Origin: Candidatus Bruticola sp.
GTDB taxonomy: Bacteria; Vulcanimicrobiota; Xenobia; Xenobiales; Xenobiaceae
NCBI GenBank assembly: GCA_051874695.1
Contig: JBJEGC010000022.1
Location: forward strand, 5,895-69,894
Length of the DNA: 64,000 bases
Reading direction: 5' to 3'
Part shown: positions 36,104 to 45,101 of the stretch, in pieces
Position numbering within the stretch: position 1 is the first letter of the stretch
How the letters are laid out: each line of letters starts with the position of its first letter
Position numbers and translations under genes: made by a program
Notes under the pieces: generated by a model
What the model saw: only the letters and a program-made list of their open reading frames with translations
Told to the model about the DNA's origin: nothing
Databases searched by the model: none

Positions 36104-39100
36104 ATGACAGATCGTAGCAATATGGAGTCCCTTATTCAGCAAGCCGATGATTTAGTTGGCGCTGGTAATTGGGAAGAGGCCCGAGAAATATATAAGCAAG
36201 TGGTCAGTCAGGACCCTAATAACGTGGAAGTGCGCGAACACGTGCTTGCATCTGCAAAACGAGCATTGGCTTTCCAGGTTATTATCGGCCAGGATATGGC
36301 TCTGGCTGAGCTCTTTGCGGCTAACGGTGAAGCTGAGAAAGCTATCGATAGCTACAAAGATATCCTTAATTTAGAGAAGATGGCTCAAAGTCAGGGTATC
36401 AGTGGTGCCCAGCTGAGTGAAATTCAGAACTTAGTGGCTCAGGTTAAGCCGGAAATTTTCGCTAAAACCGGTACTATTTATCTGAATGAAGGCCGCTACA
36501 TGGAAGCCATTAAGTGGTTGCGGCCCAGTTTAGATTTGGATCCTAGCCGTTGGGATACGCATATGGCTATGGGACGCGCCCTGATGATGGACAACAAGAA
36601 CAAGGAAGCCATTTCCGAGTTCCAAGAAGTTGTTCGTTTGGCCAGTACTGAAGCTGCTAGTGCTTATGAACTGCTGGGTGAGGTCTTCCTGCGTATTGGG
36701 CGCTCTCCGCAGAACACGATCGTTTGGTTCCGTAATGCAGGTGAACTTTTTGTGCAGCGCAATGAGTTTACCGATGCCATTAGAGCTTATGAGCGTATTT
36801 TGCAATTTGAGCCTCGCAACAAAGATATTCTAGTTCGCTTAAGTGACATCTATACCGCCGAAGGCTATACCGAAAAAGCTTGTGCTGCTTACTTTACTCT
36901 GGCTCAAATTTTTGAGGAAGAAGGCTTCTCCGACAAAGTAATGAGTTACTTGGAGAAGACAATTGAGTTCAATCCTGCTGATGATGAAGCCAGAACGAAG
37001 CTGATCGCTATTTATGGCGAAGCCTTGGAAAACGATCCCTCCAATGTTAGTCTCAGAGTTCGCCTCATTGAGAATCTCCTTAAAAAAGGCATGTTTTCTG
37101 AAGCGGCGGAAAATCAGCTCGAACTGGCCAAGATCTATATCGACAAGGGCAGCATAGATGACGCCATCGCCACTTTGCGCAAACTTATCGATATTGAGCC
37201 GGATAATATTGAGGCCCGTCGTTTACTGGGCGATCAGTACCGGCGCAAAGATATGGGTACTGAGGCTTTGTCTGAGTATCAGGAAGTGGTACGCCTGTAT
37301 CAAGAGAACGGCTTTGCCGATGAGGCTATTGAGTTCCAACATCAGCTGGTCGAGATGTTCCCCGAAACTTCGGATTTGCGCTATCAAGTTGCTTTGTCTC
37401 TGCGCAGTCAAGGCAACCATGAGGGGGCTGTCAGAGAGTTGGACCGTCTGGTACGCAGCAATCCCGATGACATGATTGCCATGAACTATCTGGCTGAGGA
37501 GTATGCGGCTTTAGGCCATTGGGATAAGGCCATAGGGGCTTACCATGAGATACTTAATCATGATCCTGCCCGCTACGATGTGCGCAAGCGTTTAATTAAG
37601 TATTACGTTGAGCAGAGCTTTTATGAAGAGGCTATGGCGGAGATTCGTTTACTGCCTGATGACGACTTTGAAAAGAGAGCTTTTGCTTACAAGATCATTG
37701 AGCGCTGTTTGGAAGAAAACCGCACCGACGAAGCTGAAGCTTATATTCATGGTCTTGAGCCGGATGACGAACGTCTGGTTTCGTTCCACAAAGAGCTGCT
37801 TAAACGTTACCTCGATTTAGGAGAGCTTGTTCAGGCTGACAGGGTTGTAACTTTAATTCCTCGTTCTGATAAAGAACGTAATAAGTTGATTACTCGCCTG
37901 ATGGAGTTGTATCTTGGCGCCTCCAATATGGAAAGTGCAGTAGCGTTGATCGATCGTTTGCCTGACGACGATTCCCTGCGCCTTTCTTTTCAGCGTCGCC
38001 TGATTAATTCTTATCAAGAGATGGGACGCTTTGAAGATGCGGCTACTGAAATGGCGAAGCTTCCTCCCGGCGATGAGTCTTATCACGATTTCTCCATGCG
38101 TCAGATCTCCGGTCTTATGCAGTCTGGCAGACTCAACGATGCCATGAACTGCATCAAAGAGCTCAGTGAAGACGACCCTGCCCGCAACTCCTTTATGGGG
38201 CAGCTTATAGAAGCTTATTTGCAGGATGGCAATATCGATAAAGCTGCTCAGGAAGTGGCCGGTCTCCCTCCGAAGACTGAAGTTTGTTCCAGATATATGC
38301 GCCGCATTATTCAGGCCTATTTGAATAATAACCGTTTTGAAGAAGCTGAGCGCGATATTATGCTTCTCGATTCTAACGATCCTGAGAAGCTGTCGTTCTT
38401 GCGTATTTTGCTCCAAAAGTACGAAATTAACGGTTTAGTAGATAACCTTAGAGAGCTTGTGGTTAAGTTGCCTGACGGCATGCCTGAAAAGCAGCAGTAT
38501 CTGGACGGTATAGTGCATTCTTTCTTGACTGCCGGCAATATGGCGAAGGCGCGACAAGAAATTTACAGTTTAGCCGAGACTGTGTCGGAAAAAGGCAATC
38601 ACTTAGAAGCGGAGCGTCTCTATTCCGATCTTTTGGCTTACCATCCCGTCGATGTAGAAATCAGGATGCGGTTGTGCCAAGAAGTGGCTGCTCAAGGTAA
38701 GTTAGAGCGTGCTTCTGAAGGATTGTTGGTGTTGGCCGGACGTTTCCGTAAAGAGGGCAATGCTACATCGGCGGTAGACATTTATACTCGTCTTTTAGAA
38801 ATTGATCCGGGTAATCTCAATGCTCGCTACCGTTTGGGTGAAATTTGGGCTCAACATGGCCAGACTGCTCAGGCTTTAGAGCATTTCTCTTTCCTGGCTA
38901 GTGAGTATTTGCGGCAGAACTTGAATGAGGTCGCTCAAAAAGTTTTGCATCGCATTCTCGATTTGGACAGTAAGGACATTGTTCACCGCCGTCAGCTTAT
39001 CACTTTGTTGGCCAGAAACATGCGTCTGGAAGAAGCCATAGAAAATTATCGGGTTCTTTTGGGCATACATCTGGACAGGGGAGAGCTCGAAGAAGCTTTG

Positions 39101-40519
39101 ACTTGCGTGCGTGAAGTCAAGCTGCTGCAGCCTTTGAATTTGGAGCTCAGCCAGTGTTTGGGCGCTATGTTCCTGAAGGCCGGTTACTTAGAAGAAGGAC
39201 AGCAACTGCTGGAAGAGCTCATTCCTGCTTACAAAGGGCGCTCCGATCATGAAAACGTGGTTAAAGTGTTCCGAACCCTTTCTGAAGCCTTCGATGCTAA
39301 TCAGCAATGGGAAGCTGCTTTGGAGTATTTGGAGCGTGTTGGTGACGAACAGGTTGAGGCTGATGAGTGGAGGGAAGCTCAATCCAACTATTTGAAGGCC
39401 TTGGAAGAGTACTTGCGCCGTGGACGTCGAGAGTACACGGATACTCTCTTTGTTAAGTTGATTGACGGTTTCTTCCGTCATAAGAACGTCAATGAGGGTG
39501 TAGAGCTGCTGAAGGAAGTTGAGGAGCGTTTCGTTAGGGCGGGTCGAACCGATTTAGCTCTGATCGTAAAAGATCGCCTGGCTTCTATCATGGAGCGGCT
39601 TGAAGAATGGAGCGAAGCTCTCGATGTGGTCATTCTGATTGCTGATACCAACTTGGAGCTGGGGGATGTCGAGCAGGGTATTGCTTACTATCGTCGCGGC
39701 GTCGATTTGGCTGTCAATCATGATATGACCGAGCGCGGCGTTGAGCTGGCTTTCAAAATGGCCGACTTACTCATTAACTATCGGGGCATTGAGGCAGCTC
39801 GTCCGATTTTCGATGAGGTCAGGGTTTACGATAACCAGTCTCCGGAAACCATTGAGCGCATTGCCGATATTATGTTTGAGCGTGGTTACCGCGGTGAAGC
39901 TTGCCCTATCTACAAGGAAGTTTTGGAGTTAGAACCTGGACGCGCTCAGTCTCTTTCCCGCGTGTCTATTATTTACGCCTTAGAAGGTAAACTGGAAGAA
40001 GCGGCCGGCTTGGCTCGTCAGATATTCGCGAAGGGACTCGTTGGCAAAATCACTGAGGAATACGGCAAAGCTCTTTGCTGCAAGCCAAACGATGCCGTTT
40101 ACCACATTAAAATGGGCGAATTCTTTAGGCAGCTTGGTTTCTTGGAAGAAGCTATCGATGAGTTCCATAAAGCTATTACCGATCCGGCTAAGGTTTTGGT
40201 CGCAGTTAATGGTTTAGCTATGGCCTTCCAAGAAAAGGGCTACCGTGACTTAGCTATTAAACAGCTGCAGAAAACCATGGAACAGCCTGGTTTCAGCGAT
40301 GAAGAACTCCTCGATCTGCGCTATAATTTAGCTATTATTCTCCAGGCTGAAGGCCGCTACGATGACGCCATTCAGGCTTTCCAAGAGTGCTACGCCGTAG
40401 ATATTAAGTACCGTGATGTATCTGAGCGCTTGAGTGAACTCTTTGAAAAGGTTGGAGACGGAGTGCCAGGTGAGGGCAGTGGTTACGATGATTACTACTA
40501 TTTCGAAGGAGAGGAGTAG
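36104..40519 (+). CDS. giant all-TPR protein (ORF-track length 1484 aa; ~1471 aa from ATG 36104)
   Basis: TPR-like 34-aa units run throughout, with no TM segment. The ATG at 36104 has GGAG 5 nt upstream. The ORF-track start (GTG 36065) overlaps the upstream stop, so the two genes are translationally coupled or co-transcribed. Confidence 0.7.
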   Translation: MTDRSNMESLIQQADDLVGAGNWEEAREIYKQVVSQDPNNVEVREHVLASAKRALAFQVIIGQDMALAELFAANGEAEKAIDSYKDILNLEKMAQSQGISGAQLSEIQNLVAQVKPEIFAKTGTIYLNEGRYMEAIKWLRPSLDLDPSRWDTHMAMGRALMMDNKNKEAISEFQEVVRLASTEAASAYELLGEVFLRIGRSPQNTIVWFRNAGELFVQRNEFTDAIRAYERILQFEPRNKDILVRLSDIYTAEGYTEKACAAYFTLAQIFEEEGFSDKVMSYLEKTIEFNPADDEARTKLIAIYGEALENDPSNVSLRVRLIENLLKKGMFSEAAENQLELAKIYIDKGSIDDAIATLRKLIDIEPDNIEARRLLGDQYRRKDMGTEALSEYQEVVRLYQENGFADEAIEFQHQLVEMFPETSDLRYQVALSLRSQGNHEGAVRELDRLVRSNPDDMIAMNYLAEEYAALGHWDKAIGAYHEILNHDPARYDVRKRLIKYYVEQSFYEEAMAEIRLLPDDDFEKRAFAYKIIERCLEENRTDEAEAYIHGLEPDDERLVSFHKELLKRYLDLGELVQADRVVTLIPRSDKERNKLITRLMELYLGASNMESAVALIDRLPDDDSLRLSFQRRLINSYQEMGRFEDAATEMAKLPPGDESYHDFSMRQISGLMQSGRLNDAMNCIKELSEDDPARNSFMGQLIEAYLQDGNIDKAAQEVAGLPPKTEVCSRYMRRIIQAYLNNNRFEEAERDIMLLDSNDPEKLSFLRILLQKYEINGLVDNLRELVVKLPDGMPEKQQYLDGIVHSFLTAGNMAKARQEIYSLAETVSEKGNHLEAERLYSDLLAYHPVDVEIRMRLCQEVAAQGKLERASEGLLVLAGRFRKEGNATSAVDIYTRLLEIDPGNLNARYRLGEIWAQHGQTAQALEHFSFLASEYLRQNLNEVAQKVLHRILDLDSKDIVHRRQLITLLARNMRLEEAIENYRVLLGIHLDRGELEEALTCVREVKLLQPLNLELSQCLGAMFLKAGYLEEGQQLLEELIPAYKGRSDHENVVKVFRTLSEAFDANQQWEAALEYLERVGDEQVEADEWREAQSNYLKALEEYLRRGRREYTDTLFVKLIDGFFRHKNVNEGVELLKEVEERFVRAGRTDLALIVKDRLASIMERLEEWSEALDVVILIADTNLELGDVEQGIAYYRRGVDLAVNHDMTERGVELAFKMADLLINYRGIEAARPIFDEVRVYDNQSPETIERIADIMFERGYRGEACPIYKEVLELEPGRAQSLSRVSIIYALEGKLEEAAGLARQIFAKGLVGKITEEYGKALCCKPNDAVYHIKMGEFFRQLGFLEEAIDEFHKAITDPAKVLVAVNGLAMAFQEKGYRDLAIKQLQKTMEQPGFSDEELLDLRYNLAIILQAEGRYDDAIQAFQECYAVDIKYRDVSERLSELFEKVGDGVPGEGSGYDDYYYFEGEE

Positions 40520-40532
40520 GGCTGAGTTTTAC

Positions 40533-41984
40533 ATGAATTGCTCTGTTACTCCATATCGGAAGGTTTTGCGCAGAAGCGTAATTGCTGCCGGTGCAGCGAT
40601 GGCTCTCTTCTGCCTTTCCTGCAGAGCATGGGCCCAGGAAGTCGGCGGCGAAGCTGCTGCTGGTGAGGGCGGGCTCGTGCAAACTTTAGCTTCTCATATG
40701 CAGGTGCTACAGATAGTCTGCGGAGTGTCTGCAGCCATTTTTGTAGTCTGTCTGTGCTGGGAAGTTTGGGTCTCCATTCAGCTGCATCAGAATGGAGGTG
40801 TGCTTCCTGAACCTGAGCCGCAGGAAGAAGAGCCTGAACCTGAAAAGCCTTCCCGCTTTGAGGCTCCTGTGCTGGACGAAACAGAAGATCCGTTTAAGGC
40901 GCTGTTAAATAAGGCCAGCTCGTCTGAGGATGCTAATAAAAATGAGGGAGGAAGTAAGAAGAGTTCTGGGTCTTCCTCTGCTTCTGCACCTTCGTCTTCC
41001 GATTCTGCTGAATCGGGGAGCGGTTTCTCCGGCAGTAAGAAATTTGAACCTTACAAAAATGTCGAACCTATTAAGAGTGGCGATCGTATAACTCGCCGTG
41101 AGCAGGATAATCCGTCTTTTGATGGCGATGCGACTATCGCTGTTGGAGCGGGGTTAGTTCCTCCTAAGGTCGGTGGTTTTGGCGTAGGTACTGGCGGAGC
41201 TGTTGGATTTGGCACTCCTCCTAAACCACCCGCACAGCCTGCTGCTGTCGGATTTGGAGCTCCTTCCAAGCAACATAGTATAGGTTTTGCTCCGCCGAAG
41301 TCTCCCGCCTCCGGTTCGACTGGCTTTGCTCCGCCGAAGCCTCCCGTTTCTGGTCAGGCCGGTTTTGCTCCGCCGAAGTCTCCCGTTTCTGGTCCGGTAG
41401 GCTTTGCTCCGCCGAAGTCTCCCGTTTCCGGTCCGGCCGGTTTTGCTCCGCCGAAGTCTCCCGTTTCTGGTCCGGTAGGTTTTGCTCCGCCGAAGTCTCC
41501 TGTTTCCGGCCCTGTAGGCTTTGCTCCGCCGAAGCCTCCCGTTTCCGGCCCGGCCGGTTTTGCTCCGCCGAAGCCTCCCGTTTCCGGCCCGGCCGGTTTT
41601 GCTCCGCCGAAGTCTCCTGTTTCCGGCCCAGCCGGTTTTGCTCCGCCGAAGTCTCCTGTTTCTGGCCCAGCCGGTTTTGCTCCGCCGAAGTCTCCTGTTT
41701 CTGGCCCAGCCGGTTTTGCTCCGCCTAAACACGGAGGTTTAGGCGTTGGTCCGGGAGCATCCTCAAGTCGTTCTGCTGCGGTTCCTACCAATGTGGGAGC
41801 GGCTCGTCCGACAGTTCCTTTGGGGGCAGCCAGGAGCGCTGCCGGTTCTGCTGACGCCGCTAAAACAGGAGATTCTTGGAAAGCTTTAGCCAGCGGTATG
41901 GAGAATAAAGGTATGGCTCACGGAGCGCCCCGAAGCCAATCTTTAGATATTAAGCGCAGTGGTTTCCCCCCTGCTAACCCTTAA
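40533..41984 (+). CDS. signal-peptide/TM protein with 12 tandem 13-aa proline-rich repeats (GFAPPKSPVSGPA)
   Basis: The ATG at 40533 gives MNCSVTPYRKVLRRSVIAAGAAMALFCLSCRAWA/QE (signal peptide). A second hydrophobic helix follows (VLQIVCGVSAAIFVVCLCWEVWV). Then come an acidic/Ser-rich region, the repeat array, and a Gly/Ala-rich C-terminus. Confidence 0.6.
   Translation: MNCSVTPYRKVLRRSVIAAGAAMALFCLSCRAWAQEVGGEAAAGEGGLVQTLASHMQVLQIVCGVSAAIFVVCLCWEVWVSIQLHQNGGVLPEPEPQEEEPEPEKPSRFEAPVLDETEDPFKALLNKASSSEDANKNEGGSKKSSGSSSASAPSSSDSAESGSGFSGSKKFEPYKNVEPIKSGDRITRREQDNPSFDGDATIAVGAGLVPPKVGGFGVGTGGAVGFGTPPKPPAQPAAVGFGAPSKQHSIGFAPPKSPASGSTGFAPPKPPVSGQAGFAPPKSPVSGPVGFAPPKSPVSGPAGFAPPKSPVSGPVGFAPPKSPVSGPVGFAPPKPPVSGPAGFAPPKPPVSGPAGFAPPKSPVSGPAGFAPPKSPVSGPAGFAPPKSPVSGPAGFAPPKHGGLGVGPGASSSRSAAVPTNVGAARPTVPLGAARSAAGSADAAKTGDSWKALASGMENKGMAHGAPRSQSLDIKRSGFPPANP
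41283..41735 (+). repeat. tandem 39-bp repeat x12 encoding GFAPPK(S/P)PVSGP(A/V)
   Basis: Directly visible in the sequence. Units differ at a few synonymous and A/V sites. Confidence 0.85.
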
Positions 41985-42013
41985 CAGTGTGAAGTTCGAC
42001 GGAGGATGTCCAG

Positions 42014-42907
42014 TTGTATATCCCTAAAGGCAACATATTAATCGAAGACGTAGAGTTGTCGTATGACAATATGCGCGAAATGCAGGCTAACTTATCCAAT
42101 GACGGCTTCACCGGCTATGTCAAGTTAGACTTAGAAAATTCTTCTGCTTATGTTTTTTATGATAATGGCACTGTGGTCCAGGTTTTAGAGGTTGATAACG
42201 CAACTAGTCTGGTTAGTTTGCAATTGGAACAGCGCCTTCTTAATCGTATTAAGCTCGACAACATAAAATGCTCTAGCTACGTGACTTCTAAGCGTATTGT
42301 CAACGTACTGACAGGTATTTTTGCCTTCCAACCTCTTTATCTTGATTATGAAGCCAAAAAGCGTGATATGCCTCGCATTTTGGAAAAACTCCAAGATGGA
42401 GGTTACAGTGGTCTAATGAAGCTGTCTACTCGTGAGGGTACCTATTATTTGGCAATCGATAATGGCGATATTGTGCGCGATCGTTTTTGCTACAACTATG
42501 GGGAAGTTCTCAGTGGTACCGAGGCTATCGATCGCATACTCAATTTTGAGTTCGATAGCGAAGGAGCCACTATGAGCATCTTTGCTGAGCGCGTTGAAGA
42601 GATCGACATTAAGCGCAGTGCTAAAGAAGAGGAACTTGAGAAGATCAAGACTCTGATTGTCAAATCTGATGGCGGTTTCCTGCGGGCTAACGATGTTGTC
42701 AAAGTTGATAACTATATTGTGCGCGAGTGGAATATCGCCGATATTAAGTCTACTTTCTCTGTCGAGATTGAAACTCCGGACGGCTCTCTCTATGAATACA
42801 GATGTCAGGCCGGTTCTAAGTTCGGCGATCGTGCCGGTTTAACGCCTGCCATGATGAAGAAGATGGGATTAGCTGAAGGAGATAATATCTCTATTCGTCC
42901 TCTGTAA
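42014..42907 (+). CDS. protein with two DUF4388-like domains
   Basis: Two segments fit the DUF4388 pattern G.L....L..L......G.L.L......YF.DG.IV. They are GNILIEDVEL...DGFTGYVKLDLENSSAYVFYDNGTVV and ILEKLQDGGYSGLMKLSTREGTYYLAIDNGDIV. The TTG start has GGAGG 8 nt upstream. The domain call relies on recalled family patterns. Confidence 0.45.
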   Translation: MYIPKGNILIEDVELSYDNMREMQANLSNDGFTGYVKLDLENSSAYVFYDNGTVVQVLEVDNATSLVSLQLEQRLLNRIKLDNIKCSSYVTSKRIVNVLTGIFAFQPLYLDYEAKKRDMPRILEKLQDGGYSGLMKLSTREGTYYLAIDNGDIVRDRFCYNYGEVLSGTEAIDRILNFEFDSEGATMSIFAERVEEIDIKRSAKEEELEKIKTLIVKSDGGFLRANDVVKVDNYIVREWNIADIKSTFSVEIETPDGSLYEYRCQAGSKFGDRAGLTPAMMKKMGLAEGDNISIRPL

Positions 42908-43009
42908 ACTTAATGATGCCGGTGCCTCTCTCTATGAAATTTTTTCTGATTAGGGAGGCCCCCGGCTTCTGGCTCCATGAAATAATAGGTGTTTGGAAGG
43001 AGAGAGAGC

Positions 43010-43369
43010 ATGTCTCAACTGACATCTCTGCTGCAAAGTTTTCAGCGTTTAGATGGGGTTCTGGGCGCTTGTATTCTGAGCAAAGATTGTGAAATATTGG
43101 CGGAAAATTTAAACGATTCGGTCAAAAATGATGTCGCAGCCGTTTCTTTTAAGGAGTTCTTGCCTAAAGTAGAAGCTCTCGTGTCCGGATTGGGCGTTGC
43201 CGGGGTTGACAGGCATCATCTGATTCTCGATGATAAACAGCTTATGATAGAAGTTTTAGTCGGCGGGGCTATGCTGGTTGTTTTTACCAGCAGCGACAAC
43301 AGCAATCAAGGGCGCGTGCGCTTAGAGATTCGCAAGAGCAAAAAGAATATAGAAGCAGCTTTGGCTTAG
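43010..43369 (+). CDS. Roadblock/LC7 (MglB-like) domain protein
   Basis: About 119 aa with the roadblock pattern LDGVLGACILSKDCEILAENL...AAVSF...LGVAGVDRHHLILDDKQLMIEVLVGGAMLVVFTSSDNSNQGRVRLEIRK. AGGAG lies 7 nt upstream. Confidence 0.6.
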   Translation: MSQLTSLLQSFQRLDGVLGACILSKDCEILAENLNDSVKNDVAAVSFKEFLPKVEALVSGLGVAGVDRHHLILDDKQLMIEVLVGGAMLVVFTSSDNSNQGRVRLEIRKSKKNIEAALA

Positions 43370-43460
43370 CTGGTTTTTGGGGTCGAAATTCGGTTTATAA
43401 GCTGCAGATTGAATTTTGTCTGTGATAATTAAATGAGGAATAGTGAGGCCGGATACTAAA

Positions 43461-45101
43461 ATGGAAGTAATGACTACTCTGGAAAGGCAAATTCAGAGAA
43501 ATCGCCGTTTACTGGAAAGTGATCCTAATAATGTCGATTTGATGCTTACTTACGCGCTGGATTGCCTGCGTCGCGATTTGCGTTTTGAGGCTTTAGTTAC
43601 TTTCCAGAAGGCAATTCAACTGAAAGATACGGCTGATGCTCATCTGGCTTTGGCGCAAATTTTCTATTTGCAGTCTCTTTATCGCGAATCTTATGAAGAG
43701 CTGCGCCGTGTTTTTAAACTCGATTCCATAAATATAGGCGCTCATGTTTTACTCCATCTGTTGAAGGATAAAGAGAGCATTCCCGACGACTTAGTGCCTC
43801 GTTTAGCTTTTGTGCCATCCCGTTCTGCTTTGGGAGATGAAATGATCAACGCGAGCAATGAGCGCGATCTATATCGTCGTGAAGTTCAGGAATATGAGGC
43901 TATTGCGGCTAGCGGTGTCAACGATCCCGAGCCTATTGTTCTTTATTGTTTGGGGGAAGCTAAAAAGCGCGTTGAGCGCATAAATGTCAACTTGAAAATA
44001 ATGAGCCGCTGGGAGCTTTTGGCTATTGATATGCCAGGCTTCCTGCCTGAAGAGAAGAGCGACTTAGTTGATAAATCTGAGGCTGCTTCCTCTGCTGAGT
44101 CTGAGGAGGTGGAGTCCGTCCAACCTCAAGAATCCTCTGTTGAAATAGAGGCTGTTGCGGCTGTGGAAACTGAGGCTGAAATTGATGCTGAAGCTGAAGA
44201 AAGCCACACTAAGAAAACTAAGAAGTCTAAGCGCCGTCGCGCCAAGGAACGCCATACTTCAGCCGTTGCTGAGACTGAGCAAGTTGCTGCTGTGGAAACC
44301 ACAGAGCCTGCGGCTGAGGTGGAAACTGAGGCTGCTGTAGCTGAGGAGACAACTGAAGCGGAAATTTCTAAAACTGCAGAAACTCTTGATACCACTAGTA
44401 TTGAAGCAGAGCAGCCTGTTGCAGTCAAGATTGAACAACCTGTTGCTGAAGATGAGAGCACCGTTTCCGAAGTTGCCGATATTGTCGAGGAGGTTCCTGC
44501 TGTTGCAGTTACTCTCGATAGTGAGTCTCCCAAGAATGAAGTGGCAGAAGTTGTTTCATCCGAGATTGAGGTGCCCGCTGCTGATCTGTCCGTTGTAAAA
44601 GACGAACAAACTGAGGATAAGGCGACTGCAACTGAGCCTGAGTCTGTATCCGATGATAGTACAACAGAGGTAATAGAAGTTTCTGAATCTGAAGTCGCTG
44701 TCGCCGAAGAGCCTGCAGCGGTGGAGGAAGTTCCTGAACTGCCTTCTGAAGAGGAGTTGGCCAAAGAGGCGTCCTTTAATGAATTTTTGGCTTCCATGTG
44801 CAAAATTAAAGGCAGTGTGAGAGCTATGGTTTTGACCGCTCGCGGACGTTTGGCTGCTATAGAGGGAGAGTTTGAACAGCCTGAAGAGACTGCTGCCAGA
44901 GTCGCTGGTTTCCTGAAAGGTGTCTGCAGTGACGGCAAGATGCGTCTAATTACTTTTGTCAGTGAGAGCAAGAACAGTTCAGTCATTCTGCAGCAGATTA
45001 ATGACACTTATTATATGTTGGTAGACGGACGGTCAGTCACCTTGGGCGTTTTGCGCCAACGTGCTGAGCGATGCAAAACTGAATTGGCTGGTTTGTGTTG
45101 A
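43461..45101 (+). CDS. TPR - acidic low-complexity linker - Roadblock/LC7 domain fusion protein
   Basis: N-terminal TPR-like repeats and a ~230-aa Glu/Ala/Val/Thr-rich linker. The C-terminal ~110 aa fit the roadblock pattern (GSVRAMVLTARGRLAAIEGEFEQPEETAARVAGFLKG...SSVILQQINDTYYMLV). Confidence 0.55.
   Translation: MEVMTTLERQIQRNRRLLESDPNNVDLMLTYALDCLRRDLRFEALVTFQKAIQLKDTADAHLALAQIFYLQSLYRESYEELRRVFKLDSINIGAHVLLHLLKDKESIPDDLVPRLAFVPSRSALGDEMINASNERDLYRREVQEYEAIAASGVNDPEPIVLYCLGEAKKRVERINVNLKIMSRWELLAIDMPGFLPEEKSDLVDKSEAASSAESEEVESVQPQESSVEIEAVAAVETEAEIDAEAEESHTKKTKKSKRRRAKERHTSAVAETEQVAAVETTEPAAEVETEAAVAEETTEAEISKTAETLDTTSIEAEQPVAVKIEQPVAEDESTVSEVADIVEEVPAVAVTLDSESPKNEVAEVVSSEIEVPAADLSVVKDEQTEDKATATEPESVSDDSTTEVIEVSESEVAVAEEPAAVEEVPELPSEEELAKEASFNEFLASMCKIKGSVRAMVLTARGRLAAIEGEFEQPEETAARVAGFLKGVCSDGKMRLITFVSESKNSSVILQQINDTYYMLVDGRSVTLGVLRQRAERCKTELAGLC

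Noticed and set aside
41154-41791. Minus-strand ORFs (192 aa Arg-rich RRSKTG repeats; 145 aa GAKPAGPETG repeats) antisense to the Pro-rich repeat gene
   Set aside because: These are artefacts of the 39-bp tandem repeat staying open in several frames. The sense-strand gene has a signal peptide, RBS context and a coherent architecture.
44126-45007. 293-aa minus-strand ORF antisense to the acidic linker of the TPR-roadblock gene
   Set aside because: It is a low-complexity Ser/Ala/Thr translation of the antisense of GAA/GCT-rich coding sequence. It has no start context and overlaps a well-supported gene.
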